In this document: one piece after another, positions 55,975 to 64,000 of the stretch | Layout: each line of letters starts with the position of its first letter | Numbering within the stretch: position 1 is the stretch's first letter | Assembly: GCA_002243285.1 (NCBI GenBank) | Contig: CP022585.1 | Coordinates: 1,330,669 to 1,394,668 of the forward strand | DNA: 64,000 bases | Reading direction: 5' to 3' | Source: Candidatus Fluviicola riflensis | GTDB lineage: Bacteria > Bacteroidota > Bacteroidia > Flavobacteriales_D > Crocinitomicaceae | Translations under genes and position numbers: made by a program | The notes under the pieces: model-generated | Databases searched by the model: none | Told to the model about the DNA's origin: nothing | The model's input: only the letters and a program-made list of their open reading frames with translations

Positions 55975-57141
55975 ATGTTTAAAAACAGCTTCCGGGAACT
56001 CTTTAAAATGGATCACAACGCGTCGAACCGGATTTTTGGTTTGGATTTTCTGCGATTTGTGGCCATTTCGATGGTTATTCTAGGGCACAGCACCGTGGTA
56101 ATGCCGCCGGAATTCAAACCGGCTATTCAGCGTTACATGCTCGACGGTGTTTCTATTTTCTTTGTATTAAGTGGTTTTTTGATCGGCGGGATTCTTATTC
56201 GCCAGTTGGAAAAAGGAAAAGACAGCTGGTCGGATTTGGTACATTTCTGGAAACGCAGATGGCTCAGGACCATTCCCGCATATTTTTTCGTGTTGACAGG
56301 CATTTTAGTGTACACACTCATTGTAATGCCTGACCGTTTTCCGGGACAATGGTATGAGTTTTATATATTTTGCCAGAACCTATGGCATCCACGGCCTGAA
56401 TTTTATGGTGAAGCCTGGAGTTTGAGCGTAGAAGAATGGTTTTATTTAATAGTACCGTCTCTTATTTTCGGAGGAATAGCACTCTTTAGATCAAGCCCTA
56501 AACGCATGGTACTAACAGTGATTATTGTCGTTACAGCCGCTGCGATTACTTATCGTTATTTGTTGTTCCAACAACTTATTCATGATGAAAGTATTTCTTC
56601 GTTCAAGGAATTAAAAAAATTGGGTGATGGTTTAATCACGTACCGTATTTTACCACGTCTTGATGCGTTGATGTTTGGCGTAATGGGTGCTTACCTGATG
56701 CATTATTTCCCCGCTATCTGGCGTTTATGGAAATTACCGGTTCGTTTCCTTTTATTTGCTGCCGGATGGTTTATTCTTTATGCCGTAAAACGTGATAACG
56801 CGGTCGATTTTGTGTTGTACGATGCCGTTTGGTCACACGTGTTGAAAGCCGCAGCAGTATTGATTATGTTACCGTTTTTGTCTAAGCTCGTTTTCCGCCC
56901 CAATTGGATCACGCGTTTTATCACCTTCATTAGCCTCATTTCGTATTCCATGTACTTGGTAAACTGGAAAGTAGTGCTCATTATGATCATGAAAAACGGG
57001 ATTTATCAGCAGCTTCATGGACCGTGGACGGTAACCGCTCATTGGGAGTTGGATTATTGCGTTTTTTTGGGAATAACCATTGCATTATCCTACCTCATTT
57101 ACAGGCTGATCGAGGTGCCGTTTATGAATTTGCGTAAATAA
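55975..57141 (+). CDS. Acyltransferase family 3 (OafA/YrhL-like) membrane O-acyltransferase
   Basis: FGLDFLRFVAISMVILGH carries the conserved His. It has about 10 TM helices and SYSMYLVN near the C-terminus. The start is ATG 55975 or 56008. Confidence 0.8.
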   Translation: MFKNSFRELFKMDHNASNRIFGLDFLRFVAISMVILGHSTVVMPPEFKPAIQRYMLDGVSIFFVLSGFLIGGILIRQLEKGKDSWSDLVHFWKRRWLRTIPAYFFVLTGILVYTLIVMPDRFPGQWYEFYIFCQNLWHPRPEFYGEAWSLSVEEWFYLIVPSLIFGGIALFRSSPKRMVLTVIIVVTAAAITYRYLLFQQLIHDESISSFKELKKLGDGLITYRILPRLDALMFGVMGAYLMHYFPAIWRLWKLPVRFLLFAAGWFILYAVKRDNAVDFVLYDAVWSHVLKAAAVLIMLPFLSKLVFRPNWITRFITFISLISYSMYLVNWKVVLIMIMKNGIYQQLHGPWTVTAHWELDYCVFLGITIALSYLIYRLIEVPFMNLRK

Positions 57142-57189
57142 GCTACTGATTTTCCATTCCCATAGGGTTGGGACATGCGTACAATGATC

Positions 57190-57254
57190 TTACCCCTACG
57201 GGGTAAAAATAAATGCATAAAACTGTTTTCTAAGATATTACGTCCCTACGGGAC
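57190..57254. repeat. Two mini-hairpins sharing CCC-TAC-GGG
   Basis: The hairpins are TTACCCC-TAC-GGGGTAA (57190-57206) and GTCCC-TAC-GGGAC (57242-57254), between convergent genes. Confidence 0.5.
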
Positions 57255-57325
57255 TGAAAACAAAAGCTACAGATCACATCGGTGTACCTTCAGGCAATTG
57301 AATAAATTGTCTGTGGATAAGAATG

Positions 57326-57727
57326 TTAGTTGTCTGCTTCCACCCATTCCACCAAAAGATTCATCACTGTTGAAAGTGCTTCTTCGTTCGCAATTACCTG
57401 TTCAAGGCTCGTGAATGAAATCGATTTCCGGGTATCCGTAAACTTTCCGCCAAGCAAACCAGTTGGGTCATTGATTTGTGCTCCGTTAGGGAAAATGAGT
57501 AAGACTTCATCTTTCCTCCGGAGATGAAATACCACTAAATCACCTTTGTAAGCTTTCGGATCGGCATTTTTCACTTCACCGGTAAAATAAAATGCGGGAG
57601 AATTCCATTTAATCTGTTCGCTGATCAACGGATTGGCTGAAAGAATAAAATCGCGCAATTGTTCAGCCGCGTCTTTCAACGGGTGATCCAATTGCGCGAA
57701 ATAAGCTGTTACAGCGGCTTCTGACAA
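57326..57727 (-). CDS. DUF1801 domain protein
   Basis: The pattern is YFAQLDHPLKDAAEQLRDFILSANP.ISEQIKWNSPAFYF. The start codon is TTG, and there is no in-frame ATG nearby. Confidence 0.6.
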   Translation of the reverse strand: MSEAAVTAYFAQLDHPLKDAAEQLRDFILSANPLISEQIKWNSPAFYFTGEVKNADPKAYKGDLVVFHLRRKDEVLLIFPNGAQINDPTGLLGGKFTDTRKSISFTSLEQVIANEEALSTVMNLLVEWVEADN

Positions 57728-57737
57728 AACAACAGTA

Positions 57738-59498
57738 TTACTTAGTGTACAGATGGAAAAAACCGTGTGCTGTATACAAGTTGTCTTTTACATCATCGTA
57801 TTCGTATTTCTCGCTTGTTGGAGTAACCAAGTAGAAATAAACTCCTTCTGTCAATTGTTTTCCGCCATCGTCAAAACCTGTCCAATCATTTTTGTAATCG
57901 TCATTTTCATAAATGATATGTCCCCAACGGTTAAAAATAGTAAGCGAAACCTTATCATAATCTTCCCAATTGGTAATGATCAGCGCATCGTTGGTACCGT
58001 CACCATTGGCGGTCATTACGTTCGGCACGATCAGCGGGCATTGATTGTAGACATTAATTGGTGTAATATCAATCGATTTATTACAGGCGTCAGCAATAAT
58101 AATATTGAACTGATTCAGGTTCGGTCCCACCATGCTCGGATAAATCGTGACAGTATCATTATTCGGGAACAAACCAGGTCCCCAGATATAGGTATAAGGA
58201 GGATAACCGTTCTGTACATTACACCATAGTTGAACGGTTTCGCCCTGATCGGCGCAGAAATTGGTCGAATCGAGGTAAGTTACTTCCATGTTGATGTAAT
58301 CAATGATTTCCAATGAAATAGAAGTTGTATCGAATGTTCCGTCGCATGGATGCTCAATAATAATGTTGAATTCAACTGTTTCAGTTCCTTCGGTAATGCT
58401 GTCAAGGAAAGCTGATATTCCGATAGTATCTGAGAATACTCCGGTAGGAATAGTCAGTGTATCAGGAATATACGTGTAATCTGTTCCGTTAATCGCAGTA
58501 CCGCTCAATACAACCTGAACAACAAGTGCTGTAGTTGTATCGGTTCTTGAAACGATAAAACCGGCAAAACCGCAATCTTCTATCAGATTCGTTGTTCCGG
58601 TAACGTCAACTTCTATCGGAATTTCGAGCTCACAAGCGACTACTCGATAACCGAATGTCCTGGTTTTCGTATTGATCAGCACGCCGTTTTTATATTCTTT
58701 CACGGCGACTCCGGCCACATACGTTCCGATAAGATTGGGTGAGAAAGTCATCATTCCTGTCATCGGATCGATGGTGATATTAGATCCCGGGCCAAAAGGC
58801 ACGAGTGCTGAATAACCCGGTTCCCAAACCACATCCGAATAAGGCGGAGGTGTTTCTACTGGATTGGCATCCAGTGAACTACCACCCGAATACGGCGCGA
58901 TGACTTCGTAAACAAGTGAATCGCCGTCAGGGTCGAAAGCCGCGTGATCGAACGTAAGCGTGTTGTTGTTACATAATACCAGTGGCGGATAATTGATGAA
59001 ACGCGCACCTTGATTGTGCACATCCGTTAAAGCACTTCCGGGTACAAAAGTGGTCAATGTAATCCCGTTATCACCCGGATTGGTAATGTTATCAATGTTA
59101 TTCGCCCAGCAACAACGCTGATAGGTAATAAAATAACCTCCCACATCAAACGGTAATGTTACGGTATCAATGTAAATGGCGCGCTCGATACAAATATCAT
59201 CCGGTGGTGTTACACAGGGATCATCATAAATAACCGGTAGAATATTCCTGCTTGAAATGTCTACTGAAAAATCTGACCACAATGCACCATTTCCATAAAA
59301 AATACGGTACTGAAGCGGGTTATCGAAATCGGAATTTCCCGGACCGCAATCACGGTAGATCTCAAATGTAATTTTGTATTGATTGTTTCCTAATGAATCG
59401 TAGTAGATCTCCCCACCAACAATGTGTGTAGCCTTGGCACTCATTGAGAACATAAATGTTGTTAAGGCAAAAAGGAAGATTTTAAAGCAGTTTTTCAT
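57738..59498 (-). CDS. Cell-surface protein with gliding-motility-associated (T9SS type B) C-terminal domain
   Basis: The ATG at 59498 gives signal peptide MKNCFKIFLFALTTFMFSMSAKA. The C-terminus is PNVMTANGDGTNDALII....LTIFNRWGHIIYE...W.G.....L.EGVYFYLV. Confidence 0.85.
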   Translation of the reverse strand: MKNCFKIFLFALTTFMFSMSAKATHIVGGEIYYDSLGNNQYKITFEIYRDCGPGNSDFDNPLQYRIFYGNGALWSDFSVDISSRNILPVIYDDPCVTPPDDICIERAIYIDTVTLPFDVGGYFITYQRCCWANNIDNITNPGDNGITLTTFVPGSALTDVHNQGARFINYPPLVLCNNNTLTFDHAAFDPDGDSLVYEVIAPYSGGSSLDANPVETPPPYSDVVWEPGYSALVPFGPGSNITIDPMTGMMTFSPNLIGTYVAGVAVKEYKNGVLINTKTRTFGYRVVACELEIPIEVDVTGTTNLIEDCGFAGFIVSRTDTTTALVVQVVLSGTAINGTDYTYIPDTLTIPTGVFSDTIGISAFLDSITEGTETVEFNIIIEHPCDGTFDTTSISLEIIDYINMEVTYLDSTNFCADQGETVQLWCNVQNGYPPYTYIWGPGLFPNNDTVTIYPSMVGPNLNQFNIIIADACNKSIDITPINVYNQCPLIVPNVMTANGDGTNDALIITNWEDYDKVSLTIFNRWGHIIYENDDYKNDWTGFDDGGKQLTEGVYFYLVTPTSEKYEYDDVKDNLYTAHGFFHLYTK

Positions 59499-59568
59499 GA
59501 TACTATTTTGGCATTGGTGCAACTAAAATACGTTTTTTAACAGGTAATGGTTGCGTGGGGTGTTCTTT

Positions 59569-60201
59569 TTATTTCGGGATGGTTGTTTTTCGTATCAGTT
59601 TTAAAATCAGGATAGAAGGAATCCAACTCAGTACTGCAGCCGTATTGTAAGCTGTGTTCCCTACAAAATCGAACTCATAAAACAGTACGAGCAACAAGCG
59701 CAACAGGATAGCTGAAGCCAACAATACCAGTACTTCTCGCATCCAGTGTTTGTGTGTTGTTATATCTTGTTTTCGAATTGCGAAATAGCCCTGTAAAGCT
59801 GCAAATGCGGTGTAACCGGCCAGCAAAAAGAAGATGAGTTTTCCCAAAACACCACCCATGGCATAATAACTCAAAATCCAGCCTGACGGAACCACAAATA
59901 AAAGCAACACGATCAACGTGATTTTTCCCAATAACCGGTGAATCTTCGGATTGCGCTCTACTCTGAAAATCACTAGTAAACTTACCAGCAACAAAGCAAG
60001 CGGAGCTGAAGCAGCGTGAATGGCTAGTCCGGCGGGAAACCAATATGAATCGAACAAAGCTTCTTTTCCCTGTAAATAACCTGAAGAAAAGTCGGGATAC
60101 AGGTATGAAACGCCCACCAATAAAATAAATGCATTGAAGGAATTGAGGAATAGGAAAAACAGCAGCTTAGCCGGCAATAACCAAATAACGCTGTTCTTCA
60201 T
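59569..60201 (-). CDS. Membrane protein, DUF2306-like
   Basis: It has six hydrophobic helices and conserved-looking His residues. The family call is tentative. It overlaps the upstream gene by 35 nt. Confidence 0.5.
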   Translation of the reverse strand: MKNSVIWLLPAKLLFFLFLNSFNAFILLVGVSYLYPDFSSGYLQGKEALFDSYWFPAGLAIHAASAPLALLLVSLLVIFRVERNPKIHRLLGKITLIVLLLFVVPSGWILSYYAMGGVLGKLIFFLLAGYTAFAALQGYFAIRKQDITTHKHWMREVLVLLASAILLRLLLVLFYEFDFVGNTAYNTAAVLSWIPSILILKLIRKTTIPK

Positions 60202-61759
60202 GAATGTATGCTTCGGGGTTCGACTTCAATTCTTTTTCCAATTGCTGGATCAATTGCAGGTTTTTCTTTTCAATCGGTGTGAGTAAACCGTTGACATTCG
60301 TACGTTTCGGTTTGTACCATTTGAAGGATTTGAAAACAGCTGTTAACGACTCATCGGTGAATTTCATGCCATGCCGCGCATAAATCTCGTTCCGCATATA
60401 AGCCAAATCTGTTAACGAAACATGATCGGTGTAGATATTGATCGGAATACCGCCCATGTCTTCGTCGTAAATTTCGGAGGTGATGGCTTCTTCATCATCC
60501 ATTCCGCGTGAAAAACAGCCTTTAAAATGTTCTTTCGTAAGAATTATTGCTGCTGTCATCGGAAATAAACCGTTTCCAAGCGAAGTAACCTTTCCATCGG
60601 CCGCAATGCTGTAATATTCGAATTTGGTATACCAATGATAAGGAACACCGCCGATTTCGTTTTCAACGTAGTTGCGCACTTCCACCACGCTGTCGTTGAG
60701 GAATTTCACTCTCGGAGTCGACAGATCATTGTCACAGGTGTTCATCAGCATGTAGTTGTCGTAACTGAAAAGCTCTTTGGAAGCTTTAATCGTGTTTTTG
60801 GTATCAAGCGTGGTCAGGAAACGACTATGTGTTTCCGAACCACGAGCTTCTGAAACATACTTGTAGAAAGAAGTAATCATCGAATAGGTGTTTTCACTTC
60901 TTTTCCGACTGTCTATCACCGCCACATTTAACGAATCCTTACCAAACTCAGACCATTTTAATCCGCCGGTAAAAGAAATATCGGGAATAAATTTGAGGCG
61001 TTGCAGGTAGGAAGGAGCAACAACCATCGCATAGGCATACGAAAGGAAATACTCTTCGTTGAAATAATCAAACGGTTCGGTTGAAACCCACATGCCGAAT
61101 TGTTCGCTTTCGAGGTTGAAACGGTATGTCTTTAATAAACGTGCGTAGTTCGGTGCCGGTTGATCATCGGCAAATGCTTTGGAAGTTCCGTCGGCATAAA
61201 TTTTATGGAAAGAATTGCCTTTTTGCCCGATGGCAATGTATTCCATGATTTTACTCGGGTAAATGGCGTCGTATTCGGGTTTGATGATCTTGTTTTTGTC
61301 GTAGTTATACAAACCGTATTTACCGTTTTGCTTCAATTCCATGTGATCATCTACAATAAACCCCGGATTCCCAATACGTTCGTAATCCTGCGCGAGTAAT
61401 TGATTTCCTTTCGAGTCCATCAATCCGAAGCGCAATTTGGTGGAAATCTTGTTTTCGCCGGCATAAATTTCCTGTTTGTTTTGTGTGAGGAAAAAAGTAC
61501 CTCTGTAGGTGTTTGCAAAATACGAAACGCGTTTGTTTTTCTTCTTTGCCAGTTTGTAGCCGTTCAAGACCTGGTTGCTGAACGGATGTTTATCACTCAG
61601 TTCGAAAAATCCCAACTCACGCGAAGTCGTATCTTCACCCGGTTCGGCGACCACATCTGCGGTTTCCGGTTTGGCAGCAGTTTCTTCGCCTGAACAGGCA
61701 ACAATGATTCCGGCAATTAGTAGAACGGCAAAGTAAAGCAGGCTCAAACGCTTATTCAT
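60167..61759 (-). CDS. Lipoprotein with C-terminal YARHG domain
   Basis: It has a lipobox GIIVACSG. The C-terminal part has RNEIYARHGMKF, the YARHG motif. Confidence 0.75.
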   Translation of the reverse strand: MNKRLSLLYFAVLLIAGIIVACSGEETAAKPETADVVAEPGEDTTSRELGFFELSDKHPFSNQVLNGYKLAKKKNKRVSYFANTYRGTFFLTQNKQEIYAGENKISTKLRFGLMDSKGNQLLAQDYERIGNPGFIVDDHMELKQNGKYGLYNYDKNKIIKPEYDAIYPSKIMEYIAIGQKGNSFHKIYADGTSKAFADDQPAPNYARLLKTYRFNLESEQFGMWVSTEPFDYFNEEYFLSYAYAMVVAPSYLQRLKFIPDISFTGGLKWSEFGKDSLNVAVIDSRKRSENTYSMITSFYKYVSEARGSETHSRFLTTLDTKNTIKASKELFSYDNYMLMNTCDNDLSTPRVKFLNDSVVEVRNYVENEIGGVPYHWYTKFEYYSIAADGKVTSLGNGLFPMTAAIILTKEHFKGCFSRGMDDEEAITSEIYDEDMGGIPINIYTDHVSLTDLAYMRNEIYARHGMKFTDESLTAVFKSFKWYKPKRTNVNGLLTPIEKKNLQLIQQLEKELKSNPEAYIHEEQRYLVIAG

Positions 61760-61881
61760 GGTCTGTCGATTTTTGAGACCAAAATAAGCACAATTTCGAC
61801 GCGGAAGAGGGGGTGTTGATTACTGGTGATAACAATTCAGGGAAAGGAAAAATGTGTCAATATTTAAGATGAAAAACCCCT

Positions 61882-61936
61882 CGTAATATTGCGAATTCAC
61901 GTGCTGATATTTGACATGCCAATTTGCAATATTACG
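61882..61936 (-). terminator. Terminator-like hairpin after the SprB-repeat gene
   Basis: CGTAATATTGCGAATT (61882-61897) pairs with AATTTGCAATATTACG (61921-61936) at 15 of 16 positions. On the minus strand it is followed by AGGGGTTTTTC. Confidence 0.5.
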
Positions 61937-61980
61937 TGTCTTTATTTTTGTCGAAATTCGACATGGATAAAGGTGAAATC

Positions 61981-64000
61981 CTAACGTATCACCGTCACAA
62001 ACCCATGAACCGTCTCTTGAATTTTATCCGTCGGAGTATAAAACAACACATAGGTATAAACGCCTTCCTGAACTGGCTCGCCATTGGCGGTTTTACCATC
62101 CCATTCGCGATTTTCGTTGTCGAATCGTTTGATTTCGTTGCCCCAACGATTGTAGATGTAACCTTCGTTTAGCGTCGCGCCAAGCAATTCGATCTTAAAT
62201 GTGTCGTTGACAAAGTCTCCGTCAGGAGTAAACGCATTGGGAACGAACAATGAAAATTCTTCATTCTCACAAAACGTTGGTAGTTCATCAACTACAATGT
62301 GATGGAACGTATAGTGACAACCTTGCGGTGTTTGTTGTTCCTGCGTGTAATCTCCGGCTTCTGTTACCCATTGCCCGAACACCAGCACGGAATCACCATA
62401 ACATAAAGCACTAAGGGTTTGATTGTTAAAAATAGGGATCACCAAAAGAATGATAGAGTGTGTGCTGTCGCAACCGTTGATGTCTGTAAATGTCTGGGAA
62501 TAGGTATCCGGCGTATTTTCCCAGTTTCCGAAAATCAAGACCGAATCTTCCGCACAGAATGTAATCACTTCTTCTGTTGTTTGTGGTGTACAACCTTCGG
62601 TTACTACAATATTCGCACAGTCGTTGGCTACGCAATTACCGCTTCCAACTGTATAACAGATTTGGAAACTTCCTGCCCCCGAGACAGCCGGATTAAACAA
62701 TCCATTTGCGCTAAGACAACCCGCACAATCAGCCGTTAACCATGTGCCACCTGCTGTTGCAGCTTGTAATTGAAATGCAGGATCGTTTGTGGTAAAAGGT
62801 CCCGCCGGTTGAATAGTAGCATCACCAACTGCAGCTCCGGCAGAAATAACTGCCGATCCGGTGGCTGTACATCCGTTTTGGTCGATGACGCCAACCGTAT
62901 ACGTTCCCGGACATAAATTAGGGTTCGAGGCTGTAAACGGTCCGTTCGACCATGCATATTGATACGGAGCAGATCCACCGCTGGCACTGGCTGTTGATGA
63001 ACCGTCACACAATCCGGCGCAACTTTCATTCACGTTTGTAAAGTTGACTTGAAGATTATTGGCTCCGGTTTGAACCGTTCCCTGAGTCGTAAAAGTACAT
63101 CCACCGGCATCTGTAACCGTAACGGTATATGTACCTGCACAAAGTGCTGAAATGGTTGCAGTGGTTTGTCCATTCGACCAAAGATAGGTATAGGGAGCAG
63201 TTCCTCCTGTAGCTGATACGGTGGCTGTTCCGTTGCAATTTCCACCACAACTTACATTGGTAACTGTAACAGTTGCCTGCAAACCTGCCGCAATACCACA
63301 TTGGGGATTCATAGAAGCGATCCATGCATCATTAGCGGCATTATTCGGGTCACCGGGAGTTTCATTGGAACCGACGTTTCCGCTGTTCCAGTTGGCTTGA
63401 AGATTCCAGTCGTTGGAGGTATTGTTGGTAAAGGAAAACACTTTACCGGAAGCGGCTCCCGCGAAATAAATAATGGTTCCGTTGGTATTGTTCCCCCAAC
63501 TCACGGAGTGTAAAGGCGTTCCGTTTACACCAAGGTTTGGAATCTGGAACGAATCATTGGTATTGCTCATCGCGACCTGGTTCCATGAACCTCCGCCTAA
63601 TGTCCAGCCGCCGGCAGGGTAGGTGGAAACGCTTGTATTCGGGCTGGTGGTTGTGCCTTCCAGTAAGTTGGAGTTAGCAGGAATGATCAGTCTGCAATTT
63701 CCGTCGTTGAGATTACTGTCGTCAGGTGGAAGAGTCGGATTTACATCATTTTCGTTGTAAACAACAATATACGTTCCTTGCGGAACACAACTCCAGAAAC
63801 TGATATTCGCAAAACGAATGGCACCGCTGGCAATTCCGGTTCCACCGCCCGGAGCAAAAAAACCGTTGTTATCGTCGATGATTACGCCACGTAAATCGAT
63901 GCACGGCACAGGTGTTTGACAGGTAGGATTTCCGATCACCACAAACTCGACATATTCCTTGGCATTAGCGCCTTGCGATACTTCGTTAATGATGAGTTGT
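61981..64000 (-). CDS. Large surface protein with lamin-tail-like N-terminal region, SprB repeats and T9SS type B C-terminal domain (5' end outside the window)
   Basis: The frame stays open from 63942 to the window end, reading ..LIINEVSQGANAKEYVEFVVIGNP, an LTD-like motif. The SprB repeats are CGGNCNGTATVSATGGTAPYTYLWSNG and CAGLCDGSSTASASGGSAPYQYAWSNG. The C-terminus is VPNAFTPDGDFVNDTF....IYNRWGNEI....W.G....G.PV.EGVYTYVL. Confidence 0.85.
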   Translation of the reverse strand, partial: QLIINEVSQGANAKEYVEFVVIGNPTCQTPVPCIDLRGVIIDDNNGFFAPGGGTGIASGAIRFANISFWSCVPQGTYIVVYNENDVNPTLPPDDSNLNDGNCRLIIPANSNLLEGTTTSPNTSVSTYPAGGWTLGGGSWNQVAMSNTNDSFQIPNLGVNGTPLHSVSWGNNTNGTIIYFAGAASGKVFSFTNNTSNDWNLQANWNSGNVGSNETPGDPNNAANDAWIASMNPQCGIAAGLQATVTVTNVSCGGNCNGTATVSATGGTAPYTYLWSNGQTTATISALCAGTYTVTVTDAGGCTFTTQGTVQTGANNLQVNFTNVNESCAGLCDGSSTASASGGSAPYQYAWSNGPFTASNPNLCPGTYTVGVIDQNGCTATGSAVISAGAAVGDATIQPAGPFTTNDPAFQLQAATAGGTWLTADCAGCLSANGLFNPAVSGAGSFQICYTVGSGNCVANDCANIVVTEGCTPQTTEEVITFCAEDSVLIFGNWENTPDTYSQTFTDINGCDSTHSIILLVIPIFNNQTLSALCYGDSVLVFGQWVTEAGDYTQEQQTPQGCHYTFHHIVVDELPTFCENEEFSLFVPNAFTPDGDFVNDTFKIELLGATLNEGYIYNRWGNEIKRFDNENREWDGKTANGEPVQEGVYTYVLFYTPTDKIQETVHGFVTVIR

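Noticed and set aside
1-64000. A search by eye for CRISPR arrays, rRNA genes, transposases, integrases, phage genes or toxin-antitoxin pairs.
   Set aside because: I found no regularly spaced short repeats, rRNA-like stretches or recognisable mobile-element proteins in any frame of the ORF track.

Overview
This 64-kb window is chromosomal DNA from a member of the Bacteroidota, probably Flavobacteriia- or Cytophagia-like. The evidence is several T9SS type A and type B C-terminal sorting domains, a PorT-like barrel, a FISUMP protein, SprB repeats, TAnnTTTG -7 promoter boxes and no obvious Shine-Dalgarno sites. I cannot assign a genus. Genes are densely packed, with about 55 CDS and one tRNA-Arg(CCT). 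I saw no rRNA, CRISPR array, transposase, integrase or phage genes. Housekeeping genes include pnp, rpsO, accD, class II fba, ubiE/menG, an aspartate-type aminotransferase, a TrmH-family methyltransferase and a BamA/TamA-family protein. These are interleaved with secreted or surface proteins and several clusters worth a second look. (1) A tight 5-gene plus-strand operon (35898-41304) encodes a UbiA prenyltransferase, a signal-peptide-bearing terpene-cyclase-like alpha/alpha-toroid protein, a lipoprotein, a polytopic membrane protein and a T9SS cargo protein. I do not recognise it as a known pathway, and it is my best candidate for an undescribed system. (2) A six-gene minus-strand unit (9878-18603) joins cyanophycin metabolism (cphA-cphB-isoaspartyl peptidase) to NHEJ repair (ku-ligD) and a YdaD/YghA-type stress SDR through overlapping or near-abutting stop and start codons. 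(3) A secreted C1 cysteine peptidase carries two C-terminal repeats that resemble prokaryotic YEATS-like modules. (4) An 840-bp gene-free region holds a tandem 306-bp noncoding duplication. (5) A family of perfect hairpins shares CCACAGATG...CATCTGTGG termini. All functional calls come from motif recognition by eye. I ran no database search, HMM or RNA-folding computation.
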